Assembly (NCBI GenBank): GCA_015059485.1
Contig: SVAH01000005.1
Coordinates: 621-64,620 of the forward strand
Length of the DNA stretch: 64,000 nt
Source: Bacillota bacterium
GTDB taxonomy: Bacteria > Bacillota_I > Bacilli_A > RF39 > UBA660
Direction: 5' to 3'
This document shows, piece after piece, positions 29,464-39,800 of the stretch. Below the pieces are notes generated by a model. That model was not told where the DNA came from and did no database searches. It was given only the letters and a program-made list of their open reading frames with translations. The stretch's first letter is position 1. The number at the start of each line of letters is the position of its first letter. The position numbers and the translations under genes were made by a program.

Positions 29464-30276
29464 ATGAGTAAATACATATTTGAAATAGGAAATTTTGGAG
29501 TACGTTGGTATTCTTTAATGCTTTTAATAGCAGCAGCAGTAGGTGTATATCTTTTACTTAAAGAAGGATTGAAATATAAATTTGATACTAATTTTTTATT
29601 TAATCTATTTTTTTGGGTAATGGTAATGGCTTTTATTGGAGCACGCGCATATTATGTTATCTTTAATTTTTATCTTTATGAAGATGATTTACTATCAATA
29701 TTTAAAATATGGGAAGGTGGCCTTGCAATTCATGGAGGTATAATTGCCGGCTTCTTAACTATGCTTATTTATTGTAAGAAATATAATGCGCCACTTTTTA
29801 AAATAACAGATATGTCCGTACTTCCACTTTTAGTTGGACAAGCAATAGGTAGATGGGGTAATTTCTTTAATCAGGAGGCACATGGTGCAGCAACTACTTA
29901 TCTTAAATTAAAACATGCACATATTCCGGAATTTATAATAAAAAATATGAATATAGATGGAACTTTTTATACACCAACATTTTTCTATGAATCACTTTGG
30001 TGTCTACTTGGAGCATTAATAGTAATCTTTTTAAGACATTATAAATATTTAAAAGTTGGTCACTTAACATCATTTTATTTAATGTGGTATAGTGTTGGAA
30101 GATTCGTCATAGAAAGTTCAAGAACAGATTCATTAATGCTTGGGGGATTAAAAGTTGCACAAATAGTTTCTGTTGTTATGTTTATAACAGGACTACTTGC
30201 GTTTATGGTTTTATCAAGAAGAAGTAAATTTGAAAACTTATATAGAGAAACAAATGCAAATCAAATTAAATTTTAG
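29464..30276 (+). CDS. lgt: prolipoprotein diacylglyceryl transferase
   Basis: VRWYS, GARAYYV, WEGGLAIHGG, GRWGNFFNQE and YESLW. Confidence 0.97.
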   Translation: MSKYIFEIGNFGVRWYSLMLLIAAAVGVYLLLKEGLKYKFDTNFLFNLFFWVMVMAFIGARAYYVIFNFYLYEDDLLSIFKIWEGGLAIHGGIIAGFLTMLIYCKKYNAPLFKITDMSVLPLLVGQAIGRWGNFFNQEAHGAATTYLKLKHAHIPEFIIKNMNIDGTFYTPTFFYESLWCLLGALIVIFLRHYKYLKVGHLTSFYLMWYSVGRFVIESSRTDSLMLGGLKVAQIVSVVMFITGLLAFMVLSRRSKFENLYRETNANQIKF

Positions 30277-30293
30277 AGGGAGTATATAAAAAA

Positions 30294-32423
30294 ATGAACG
30301 AAAACATCATAAAAGAGTTAGCAAACAATTTAAATGTAAAAGTAACACAAATAGAAAGTGTTTTAAAACTATTAGAGGATGGTTGTACCATTCCTTTTAT
30401 TGCGAGATATAGAAAAGAAGCAACAGGTTCTTTAGATGAAGAACAAATTAGAGTTATAGAAAAAGAATATTCTTATTTAGAAAACTTACTTAAAAGAAAA
30501 GAAGATGTAATAAGACTTATAGATGAAAAAGGATTACTAACAGATGAATTACAAAATAATATAATGGCTGCAAGTAAACTAGCTGAGGTTGAAGATCTTT
30601 ATAGACCATTTAAAGAAAAGAAAAAAACAAAAGCAACTGAAGCAATTAAATTAGGATTGGAACCACTTGCTAAAAAAATAATGTCTTTTCCAACTAATGG
30701 TGATATTGAAAGTCTTGCGAGTGGATATAATATGGAAATTGATAAAGCTATAGAAAATGCATCATACATTATAAGTGAATGGATTTCTGATAATGCATTC
30801 TTTAGAAAAAGTATTAGAAATAATATATTTAATAATGGCTCAATAACTTCTAAAATAAAAAAAGGTGCAGATGATCCTAAGAAAACTTATGAGATGTACT
30901 ATGAATTTAGTGAAAAAATTAAATATGCAAAGCATTATAGAGTACTTGCAATGAATCGTGGAGAAGATGAAAAGATATTGTCAGTTTCATTAGATTATGA
31001 TTTAGATAACATACAAAATTATTTAGAAAGTAAAATTATAAAAAATGATAAATCTTTTGTAGTTGATATAGTTAAAAACGCTATTAAAGATTCACTTAAA
31101 AGATTAATTTTGCCAAGTATTGAAAGGGAAATAAGAAGTGAGTTAACTGAAAAGTCTGAAAATTTAGCTATAGAAAATTTTAAATCTAATTTAGAAAATT
31201 TACTTTTAACAAAACCTATAAAGAATTCTAAAGTACTTGGATTTGACCCGGCGTTTAGAACAGGATGTAAGTTAGCAGTACTTGATGAAAACGGTAATAT
31301 GTTGGAAGTACAAACAATTTATCCACATGAACCACATAATAAAAAAGAAGAAGCTAAAAAAATAATGTTAGCATTAATAGCAAGATATAATATTAACTTA
31401 ATAGCTATTGGAAATGGTACAGCATCAAGAGAATCAGAGATGTTTGTAGCAGAATCTATAAAGGGACTTGATAATGTTAAATATGCAGTAGTATCAGAAG
31501 CAGGAGCATCAGTTTATTCAGCCTCAGATTTAGCTATAAAAGAATTTCCAGATTTAACTGTTGAAAAAAGAAGTGCGATATCAATTGGAAGAAGAGTTCA
31601 AGATCCACTTTCAGAACTTGTTAAAATAGATCCAAAATCAATTGGAGTTGGAGAATATCAACATGATGTTAATCAAAAAAACTTAGGAGAAGCATTAGAA
31701 TTTACTGTTTCTAAAATAGTTAATGAAGTTGGAGTAAATATTAATACTGCATCATCTTCAATTTTAAAATATATTTCAGGAATGAATAAAAAAGTAATAG
31801 ATGCTATTATGTCATATAAAGAAAAAAATAAATTTAAAAATAGAGATGAAATAAAAAAAGTAAAAGGTGTATCAGATAAAGTTTTTGAACAAGCAATAGG
31901 GTTCCTTAGAATACCTGATGGAGATAGTCCTCTTGATAAAACTGGAATACATCCAGAGAGTTATAGTGTAGCCAATAAATTATTAAAAGAATTAGATTTA
32001 GATATTAAAGATATAAATACAAATGAATTTAAAGAAAAACTTGATAATGTGAATATTAAAGATATTGCAAATAAACTTGATAGTGATGAATATACAGTAG
32101 AAGATATAATAAAAGAACTTAAAAATCCTGGACTTGATCCAAGAGATAGTTTAGATAATATTATATTAAAAAGTGATGTATTAACAATAAATGACTTGAA
32201 AAAAGGAATGCAACTTAATGGAGTAGTTAGAAATGTTGTATCATTTGGTGCATTTATTGATATCGGACTTCATGATGATGGTCTTGCACATATATCTAAA
32301 TTAAGTAAAGAGTTTGTCAAAGATCCGCTAGATGTAGTGAAAGTCGGAGATATTGTGGATTGCTATGTAATAGATGTGGATTTAGACAAAGAAAAAGTTT
32401 TTTTAAGTTTAGTAAAAGAATAA
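30294..32423 (+). CDS. tex: Tex family RNA-binding accessory protein
   Basis: TIPFIARYRKE, GFDPAFRTGCK, EAGASVYSAS, IGVGEYQHDV and C-terminal S1 domain. Confidence 0.95.
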   Translation: MNENIIKELANNLNVKVTQIESVLKLLEDGCTIPFIARYRKEATGSLDEEQIRVIEKEYSYLENLLKRKEDVIRLIDEKGLLTDELQNNIMAASKLAEVEDLYRPFKEKKKTKATEAIKLGLEPLAKKIMSFPTNGDIESLASGYNMEIDKAIENASYIISEWISDNAFFRKSIRNNIFNNGSITSKIKKGADDPKKTYEMYYEFSEKIKYAKHYRVLAMNRGEDEKILSVSLDYDLDNIQNYLESKIIKNDKSFVVDIVKNAIKDSLKRLILPSIEREIRSELTEKSENLAIENFKSNLENLLLTKPIKNSKVLGFDPAFRTGCKLAVLDENGNMLEVQTIYPHEPHNKKEEAKKIMLALIARYNINLIAIGNGTASRESEMFVAESIKGLDNVKYAVVSEAGASVYSASDLAIKEFPDLTVEKRSAISIGRRVQDPLSELVKIDPKSIGVGEYQHDVNQKNLGEALEFTVSKIVNEVGVNINTASSSILKYISGMNKKVIDAIMSYKEKNKFKNRDEIKKVKGVSDKVFEQAIGFLRIPDGDSPLDKTGIHPESYSVANKLLKELDLDIKDINTNEFKEKLDNVNIKDIANKLDSDEYTVEDIIKELKNPGLDPRDSLDNIILKSDVLTINDLKKGMQLNGVVRNVVSFGAFIDIGLHDDGLAHISKLSKEFVKDPLDVVKVGDIVDCYVIDVDLDKEKVFLSLVKE

Positions 32424-32479
32424 AAAAATTAACCTTTTATTCTTTTTTTGTGTTAAAATTATATATAGTAGGTGATAGT

Positions 32480-35065
32480 GTGAAATATTATGATAAAAAG
32501 GTTGAAGATGTGTATAAAGAATTAAAAACAACTAGTAATGGACTAACTTCAGATGATGTTGATCTTTTAATAGCAGACTATGGATTTAATATTTTAGAAG
32601 AAAAGAAAAAAACAAGTTTATTTATTAAATTTTTAAGTCAATTTAATGACACTATGATAATCATATTGCTTGTTACAGCTTTAGTAATGTTTATATATGG
32701 TCTTATTTATTCACATGAATATACAGATACTATTGTAATAGTAGTAGTAGTATTAATTAATGCTGTTATGGGTTTTATTCAAGAGAGTAAAGCAGAAGTA
32801 ACGTTGGAAGGCTTAAAAGAATACTCTAAGACTATGACAACAGTGAAAAGAGATGGAAAGTGGCAATTAATTGATAGTGAACTATTAGTTCCTGGAGATA
32901 TTATTAAATTGCAGGCTGGAGATAAAGTACCAGTTGATGCAAGAATTATTGAATCTACAAATTTACTTGTTGACGAATCAGCATTAACAGGAGAATCAAC
33001 AAATGTTGAAAAAGCTAATATAATTTTAAAAGGGGAATTAGAAATTCAAAATCAAGTAAATATGTTGTTTTCAGGTTCATCAGTTACTAATGGTGATGCT
33101 ATAGCAATTATAACTGCAACAGGTATGAATACAGAAATGGGAAAAATAGCATTATCATTAAATACACCATATAAAGTTGAGACACCACTTGAGAGAAAAA
33201 CAAAAGAGTTAAGTATAACTATCACAAAATTAATATTTATAATTCTTATAATAATATTCTTTTATAGTTTATATATAAAAAATAGTGTACTTGAAACAAT
33301 AATGCTTTGTGTATCTTTAGCAGTAGCAGCAATACCAGAGGGATTACCAGCTGTAATTACAATTACTTTATCAAATGGTACTGGAGTACTTTCAAAGAAA
33401 AAAGCTGTTGTAAGACAAATGCAAGCTGTAGAAACACTTGGAAGTATAGATGTAATATGTTCAGATAAAACGGGTACTATTACTCAAAATAAAATGCAAA
33501 TAAAAGAATCAATGATTTATGACGAAAAGATGTTGGACTATATATTTATTTTAAATAATGAAACAATGATTGATGGCAAAAAAATGATTGGAGATCCAAC
33601 GGAAATATGTTTATATGATTATGTAATGAAGAAAAATTTAGATGTAATTGGATTTCGTAAAAAAAATAAAAGAGTTATATCTGGGCCATTTGATTCTGAA
33701 AGAAAAATGTCAACATCAGTTAATTCAATTGATGGAAAAACTTATTTTATGACTAAAGGTTCATATGAAAATGTTTTAAATAGATGTAAATATATTCTAA
33801 AAGATGGAAAAAAAGAAAAATTAACAGATACAGAAAAAGAAAAAATAAAATCAAAATGTGATTACATGGGTAATAAAGCATTAAGGGTAATGGCATATGC
33901 ATATAAAGAAACTAAGAAAAATTATAAAAAAGTTGAAGAAGTATTTGCAGATGAAAAAGATTTAATATTAGCTGGTATAGTTGGAATAATAGATCCACCA
34001 AGAGACACAGTTGTAAAAAGTGTTTTGGAATGTAAAAAGGCTTCAATTAAACCAGTAATGATTACAGGAGACGCGCTTATTACTGCGTGTGCAATAGCAA
34101 GAGAAGTAGGAATTATTGAAGATAATAGTGAAGGAATACTAGGTAGTGAACTTGATAAATATACAGATGATGAGTTAGTAGAAGTTGTAAAAAAATATGG
34201 TGTTTATGCAAGAGTAAGTCCAATTCATAAAGAAAGAATTGTTAAAGCTTTTCAGGCACAAGGAAAAGTTGTTGCAATGACAGGTGATGGAGTAAATGAT
34301 GCACCTGCAATAAAAGATGCACATGTAGGAGTTGGAATGGGAATAACAGGGACAGAAGTTACAAAGTCAGTGGCTGATGTAATACTTTTAGATGATTCAT
34401 TTTCAACAATAGTTGTTGCAATAGAAGAAGGAAGAAGAATTTACTCTAATATAAGAAATAATATTGTATATAGTTTATCGTCTAATATTGCTGAAATTTT
34501 TATAGTATTAATAAGTATGTTTTTAGGGTATAATATTTTACTTCCAATCCATATTTTATTTATAGATTTGGTTACTGATTCAATTCCAAGTATAGCTCTT
34601 TCTTTTGAAAAGAGTGAAAGAGGAGTAATGAATAAACCCCCTAGAGGAATAGATAGACCATTATTTACACCATTCGTTATTTCTTGTATAGTATCTTCTG
34701 CAATAATTGAAACTTTTTTAGCTTTAACTGTATTCTTCATATCAAAGAATTTCGTTAGTCAAGATGAAGCTATAACATTAGTATTATTATCAGTAGTTAT
34801 ACAAGAAATAATTTATGCAATAGTATGTCGTAATTTAAAAAATTTAGTATATACACAAGGAATATTCTCAAATAAAGCAATGAATATAGGTATTGTTATT
34901 GTGCTTATTATTGAAGCAGTATTCTTCTTAACGCCAGTTGGTAAAATAATAGATATAGTTCCATTGGAATTTGGACATATAATGATTATATTCTTTATAA
35001 ATATGTTATCATTTATAATCTATGAGTTATTAAAACCAACATTAAAAATATTGTTTAAAGATTAA
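32480..35065 (+). CDS. cation-transporting P-type ATPase (type II, Ca2+-like)
   Basis: LTGES, IPEGL, DKTGT, MITGD and TGDGVNDAPA; GTG start at 32480 after GGTGA. Confidence 0.95.
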   Translation: MKYYDKKVEDVYKELKTTSNGLTSDDVDLLIADYGFNILEEKKKTSLFIKFLSQFNDTMIIILLVTALVMFIYGLIYSHEYTDTIVIVVVVLINAVMGFIQESKAEVTLEGLKEYSKTMTTVKRDGKWQLIDSELLVPGDIIKLQAGDKVPVDARIIESTNLLVDESALTGESTNVEKANIILKGELEIQNQVNMLFSGSSVTNGDAIAIITATGMNTEMGKIALSLNTPYKVETPLERKTKELSITITKLIFIILIIIFFYSLYIKNSVLETIMLCVSLAVAAIPEGLPAVITITLSNGTGVLSKKKAVVRQMQAVETLGSIDVICSDKTGTITQNKMQIKESMIYDEKMLDYIFILNNETMIDGKKMIGDPTEICLYDYVMKKNLDVIGFRKKNKRVISGPFDSERKMSTSVNSIDGKTYFMTKGSYENVLNRCKYILKDGKKEKLTDTEKEKIKSKCDYMGNKALRVMAYAYKETKKNYKKVEEVFADEKDLILAGIVGIIDPPRDTVVKSVLECKKASIKPVMITGDALITACAIAREVGIIEDNSEGILGSELDKYTDDELVEVVKKYGVYARVSPIHKERIVKAFQAQGKVVAMTGDGVNDAPAIKDAHVGVGMGITGTEVTKSVADVILLDDSFSTIVVAIEEGRRIYSNIRNNIVYSLSSNIAEIFIVLISMFLGYNILLPIHILFIDLVTDSIPSIALSFEKSERGVMNKPPRGIDRPLFTPFVISCIVSSAIIETFLALTVFFISKNFVSQDEAITLVLLSVVIQEIIYAIVCRNLKNLVYTQGIFSNKAMNIGIVIVLIIEAVFFLTPVGKIIDIVPLEFGHIMIIFFINMLSFIIYELLKPTLKILFKD

Positions 35066-35156
35066 AACTTTCATTAATATGAAAGTTTTAATTTACATAA
35101 ATTTGACATTTTTCCTTTTTTTTGATATAATTCACATATATTTAGGGGGAAAAACT

Positions 35157-35639
35157 ATGATATATAAAGAATGGGAACAATATAGTAAAGAAGAAAAATG
35201 TATGATACTTAGCTATTGGTTTAAAGAGTATGCTGATGTCGATTATGAATCAAGAGAATATTTAGCTTTTTTAAATATAATTTTTGCAAATGCAGATAAA
35301 GTAATGGATTGGTTAGTTGATTGTGCTATTAATGAAGAACCATTAGTAGAGTATAGTACAAATGAAGAATTAGGATATTTAATAAAATCGAGAATTTTAT
35401 ATAGTGACAATGAGTTTGATTATCCAGAACTTCATGTATCATTCACATCATTATCAGCGGATAAGCTTTTAAATGTTATGAGAAATGGTTTAACATATTT
35501 ATTGCTTGGAACTACTTTAGGTGAAGATAAGTTTGAAGGCGATGAAAAATTAGAATTTAGGGTAACAAGACAAGCAATAGTTGAAGAATTAGTAGAGTCA
35601 TATAATATTTCATCATCTTATGGAAAAGGAAGTAGATAG
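35157..35639 (+). CDS. hypothetical acidic protein
   Basis: TTGACA-N17-TATAAT promoter, GGGG SD and own terminator. Confidence 0.75.
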   Translation: MIYKEWEQYSKEEKCMILSYWFKEYADVDYESREYLAFLNIIFANADKVMDWLVDCAINEEPLVEYSTNEELGYLIKSRILYSDNEFDYPELHVSFTSLSADKLLNVMRNGLTYLLLGTTLGEDKFEGDEKLEFRVTRQAIVEELVESYNISSSYGKGSR

Positions 35640-35697
35640 AAATATCTATTTTTTTTATAAATTAAATGATATAATACACGAGTAAGGAAGTGATTTT

Positions 35698-36336
35698 ATG
35701 CGTTATAATACGGTAAAAGATTCAGATAAAATAATTAGAAATAGTTCAAGTATAGTTGGAAATCCACAAAATTATAAGAATAAATGGAATGATTTATTTG
35801 GAAATAAAAATGTAATTCATTTAGAACTTGGAATGGGACGTGGAGAATTTATTATTAATATGGCTAAAAAATATCCAAATATTAATTTTATAGGTCTTGA
35901 GTTAGATGAAGGACAAATTGCAACAGCTGCAAAAAAATTAGGAGATCAAAGTTTAAAAAATTTGAAATTAATTAAAGCAGATGCTAGAGATTTAGATAAA
36001 ATATTTGGAAAAGAAATAGATACTATTTATTTAACTTTTTCAGAACCATGGCCAAAGAAAAAAGATGCAAATAAAAGGTTTACTCATGAAAGTTATTTAA
36101 GATTATATGATAAAATATTTAAAAAGCATAAACATATTATTTTAAAAACTGATAATAAAGTATTATTTGCATCAGCTTTAGAAAGTTTATCACAATATTG
36201 GTATGAATTTGAAAGAGTTAGTTTAGATTTACATCATGATGAAAATAATATAGAAAATGTTATGACTGATTTTGAAAAACAATATTATAAAGAGGGAAGA
36301 CCAATTTTTTACGTAGATGCCAAATTTAATGGCTAG
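35698..36336 (+). CDS. trmB: tRNA (guanine-N7)-methyltransferase
   Basis: LELGMGRG, NFIGLE, TFSEPWPKK and MTDFE. Confidence 0.92.
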   Translation: MRYNTVKDSDKIIRNSSSIVGNPQNYKNKWNDLFGNKNVIHLELGMGRGEFIINMAKKYPNINFIGLELDEGQIATAAKKLGDQSLKNLKLIKADARDLDKIFGKEIDTIYLTFSEPWPKKKDANKRFTHESYLRLYDKIFKKHKHIILKTDNKVLFASALESLSQYWYEFERVSLDLHHDENNIENVMTDFEKQYYKEGRPIFYVDAKFNG

Positions 36337-36344
36337 GGGAATTA

Positions 36345-36928
36345 TTGATGTTTGCAAACAATTTTGATTACAATGATTATTTTAGCGAAAAGAGATGTAT
36401 GCTATGTAATGAACATTTTGCTGCTGTTGGAACAAGTGCTTTGAGTGTTGTAACTCCGAAACAAAGTATTACCACTTTAACAGTTCCATGGTTTGATGAA
36501 AATGGTGAGATGACATCAGGACTAGGGGGACATTCTAAAACCGCATAAAAACTTATTAATAAAATGTTTCCAACAGAAAATATTGATTATAATGAAATAC
36601 TAAATAAATGTATCTATATTATTTATTCAGTACGTGGTGAATATAGTTTATGTGTAGTATATCTTTAGATCAATACGTATTATTAGAAGAGTTTTCAAGT
36701 TCAATAAATGAAGCTTTAAATAATAAACCTTGGAAGTTAGAAATCCATACAATATTAACAGATAAAACAGGGAAAAAAATCAGAGTGTATGATTTGAATA
36801 ATTTCGAGAATACTTTAGTTGAAGCAAAGAAAAAAATTATAGAAAATTATCAATTACCATATGAAGAAGAAATAATCGTAAAAACTAAAAAAGAATTAGT
36901 AAGAATTAGAAAGAATGAAAATGAATAA
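36345..36928 (+). pseudogene. probable single hypothetical gene split by a nonsense codon and a frameshift
   Basis: frame stays open and protein-like past TAA 36546-48; removing 2 nt at TTATGTGT (~36650) joins it to ORF 36650..36928. Confidence 0.45.
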
Positions 36929-37796
36929 TTTAAAAGAAAAATTGAAAGAATATTATGATAATTATGAAGAAATAATAAATGGATATAATCAAAAAAGATA
37001 TGTAACGTTAAGAGTAAATACTTTAAAGAGTAATGTTGATGAAGTAAAAAAAGTATTTGATAATAATGATATAAAATATGAAAGTGTATCATTTTACAAA
37101 GATGCTTTAGTAATAAAAAATAAAGAAGAAAAAGATATTATAAATTTGAATATTTATAAAGATGGAAAAATATATTTACAAAGTTTATCTTCAATGTTAC
37201 CACCACTTTTTTTGAGTCCAAATGAAAATGAAAATATTTTAGATATGACTGCAGCTCCAGGTTCTAAAACTAGTCAAATTGCAGCATTATCAGAAAATAA
37301 AGTTTTGATAACTGCTGTTGAAAAAGATAAGTTTAGATGTGAAAGACTAAAATATAATATGGATAAACTTGGAGTAAAAAAAGTAAATGTAATAAATATA
37401 GATGCTCAAAGATTAGATGATTTTTATAGTTTTGATAAAATTCTTTTAGATGCCCCTTGTAGTGGAAGTGGTACTTTAAATGAAAAAGATTTTAATAGTT
37501 TTGATTATAGTTTAGTTATAAAATCTGTTGAAAGGCAGACTAAACTTATAAATAAAGCATTAAAAATGTTAAAAAAAGATGGTATTTTAGTATATTCAAC
37601 TTGTAGTATTCTAAAAGAAGAAAATGAAAATATAATTAATGAAGTAATCAAGAATAATGATGTTGAAATATTATCGCATAATTTAAATTTAGATAGTATT
37701 CCTAAGCTTGATACTTTGATTCCAAATACATTATGTGTATGTCCGAATAAATATTTTGAAGGATTTTTTGTTGCAGTATTAAAAAAGAAAAGTTAG
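36915..37796 (+). CDS. RsmB/RsmF/NOP family RNA m5C methyltransferase
   Basis: LDMTAAPGSKT, LLDAPCSGSG and VYSTCS. Confidence 0.93.
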   Translation: MKMNNLKEKLKEYYDNYEEIINGYNQKRYVTLRVNTLKSNVDEVKKVFDNNDIKYESVSFYKDALVIKNKEEKDIINLNIYKDGKIYLQSLSSMLPPLFLSPNENENILDMTAAPGSKTSQIAALSENKVLITAVEKDKFRCERLKYNMDKLGVKKVNVINIDAQRLDDFYSFDKILLDAPCSGSGTLNEKDFNSFDYSLVIKSVERQTKLINKALKMLKKDGILVYSTCSILKEENENIINEVIKNNDVEILSHNLNLDSIPKLDTLIPNTLCVCPNKYFEGFFVAVLKKKS

Positions 37797-37849
37797 ATTT
37801 AATTCTAACTTTTTATGTGATATAATTTTTATTGTTAGGGAATGATGTT

Positions 37850-38944
37850 ATGAAAAGTAAGAAAAATTTAATAACTAATATTTTATTAGTACTTATAGGC
37901 ATAATTGTACTAATAATTACATATAATGATGAATTTTTATATAAGAAACCTGTAATGAAAATAACAAAAGTAGAAGAAAAAAAATCTTATGATAAACAAG
38001 GGTATGGAAGTAATGTTGAAAGTTATTATGAACAAAAAATAGAAGGTATTATACTAAATACTAAGAACAAAGGCTTAGTTGTAAATACTACTAATGAAAG
38101 AAGTACTTCTAATGTATATGATGAAAACTATCATAAAGGTGATAAAGTATTTGTAAGTATTAATAATTTAAAAAGTAAAACAGTTAATATAATAAATTAT
38201 AAAAGAGATTTTTATGTAGTTATAATACTTTTAGTATTTATATATGCCTTATACTTTATTGGGAAAAAACAAGGAATGCTAGCAATTGTTGCTTTAGTAG
38301 CTAATGTAATAGTTTATTCTATTGCTATTAATTTATTTACTAAAAGAAAGTTTGATTTAGTTTTATTAACATCTATATCAACAGTAATTTTTACAATTAT
38401 TTCACTTTCTTTAGCTATAGGGAAAAATAAAAAAGCATTAGTAACAATTATATCTACATTATTAAGTACTTTAGTTACTACATTAATTGGAGTACTTGTA
38501 ATGAATGTAACACATGAGAGTGGAGTTAGAATTGAGCAAATAGATTTCTTACTAACACCATATAAAGAGGTATTCATAACTGAACTTTTACTTGGTGGTT
38601 TAGGAGCTATTATGGATATAGCTATTACTATTGCATCAACTGTAAATGAATTAGTTGAAAAAAATAATAAGATAGATAATAAAACATTATTTTTATCTTG
38701 TAGAGAAATAGGTAAAGATACTATGGGTACTATGCTAAATGTACTACTTTTTACATACATAGGTTGTGAAATACCTAAATTTATTCTTTATTATCGTAAT
38801 GGCTTTACAATTTCAACAATTTTACACAGTTATTTATCAATAGATATAGTAAGAAGTTTAGTTGCTGGAATAGGAATAGTACTTGCAATTCCAATAACTA
38901 GTATAATATCAGTACATATGTTAAAAGGAGGTAAAAAACAATGA
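37850..38944 (+). CDS. YibE/F family membrane protein
   Basis: GGLGAIMDIAITIAS and EIGKDTMGTMLNVLLF. Confidence 0.9.
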   Translation: MKSKKNLITNILLVLIGIIVLIITYNDEFLYKKPVMKITKVEEKKSYDKQGYGSNVESYYEQKIEGIILNTKNKGLVVNTTNERSTSNVYDENYHKGDKVFVSINNLKSKTVNIINYKRDFYVVIILLVFIYALYFIGKKQGMLAIVALVANVIVYSIAINLFTKRKFDLVLLTSISTVIFTIISLSLAIGKNKKALVTIISTLLSTLVTTLIGVLVMNVTHESGVRIEQIDFLLTPYKEVFITELLLGGLGAIMDIAITIASTVNELVEKNNKIDNKTLFLSCREIGKDTMGTMLNVLLFTYIGCEIPKFILYYRNGFTISTILHSYLSIDIVRSLVAGIGIVLAIPITSIISVHMLKGGKKQ

Positions 38945-39741
38945 TTTTAACACTTTCAATAATCCTTTTCATATTATGTATTTTAGTAGGTGGTTCAAGA
39001 GGTTTAAAGTCTTTTATAGTACTTTTTTTAGATATAGCCTTTTGCATGATAAATATAATTTTAATAGGAACTGGATTTCCAGTAGTTATTTCTACATTTA
39101 TATTATGCTTAATACTTGCATATATAATTTTATATTTTGTTAATGGATATAATAAAAAAACAATTGCATCGTTTTATTCTACAGTTATAATACTATCATT
39201 TTTAATGCTTTCAGTATTTATAATTACATATTTATCTAAAATACAAGGGTTTGGAATAGAATACATAGAAGAAATAGGTTGGTGTAATTACGCTATTAAT
39301 ATTAATTTAGTACATGTTACTATTTCAAGTATTATAATTTCCTTAATTGGAAGCATAGTTGATTCTTCAACAGCTGTATCAACAGCTGTATACGAAGTAT
39401 ATGATAAAAATCCACAACTTACTTTTAAAGAATTATATAAAAGTGGAATAACAGTAGGAAAAGATATTATATCTACTATTACAAATACGTTATTCTTTGC
39501 ATTTTTAGGTGGATTTGTAACATTACTTATTTGGTTTAATTATTATAGTTATGATTTTACATTAATTATTAATAATAAAGTCTTTGCAGCGGAATTTATT
39601 TCAATTATGTTTAATGCACTTGGAAGTTTATTTATTATACCTGTAACTAATTATATAACTTGTTTTTTACTTATAAGAAAGGATAATAAGTTTGTTAAAC
39701 GAATTGAAAATAGAATAGAAAAAAGAAATGAAGATGAATAA
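38941..39741 (+). CDS. YibE/F family membrane protein (second subunit)
   Basis: GSIVDSSTAVS and VGKDIISTITNTLFFAF. Confidence 0.9.
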   Translation: MILTLSIILFILCILVGGSRGLKSFIVLFLDIAFCMINIILIGTGFPVVISTFILCLILAYIILYFVNGYNKKTIASFYSTVIILSFLMLSVFIITYLSKIQGFGIEYIEEIGWCNYAININLVHVTISSIIISLIGSIVDSSTAVSTAVYEVYDKNPQLTFKELYKSGITVGKDIISTITNTLFFAFLGGFVTLLIWFNYYSYDFTLIINNKVFAAEFISIMFNALGSLFIIPVTNYITCFLLIRKDNKFVKRIENRIEKRNEDE

Positions 39742-39800
39742 ATAATCTTTATTTCTTTTTATTTCTGATATATAATATGACATAAATAGGTGGGATTTTT

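Noticed and set aside
32738-32752. GTA trinucleotide run in the P-type ATPase
   Set aside because: Encodes poly-Val in a TM helix; in frame and not a contingency locus.
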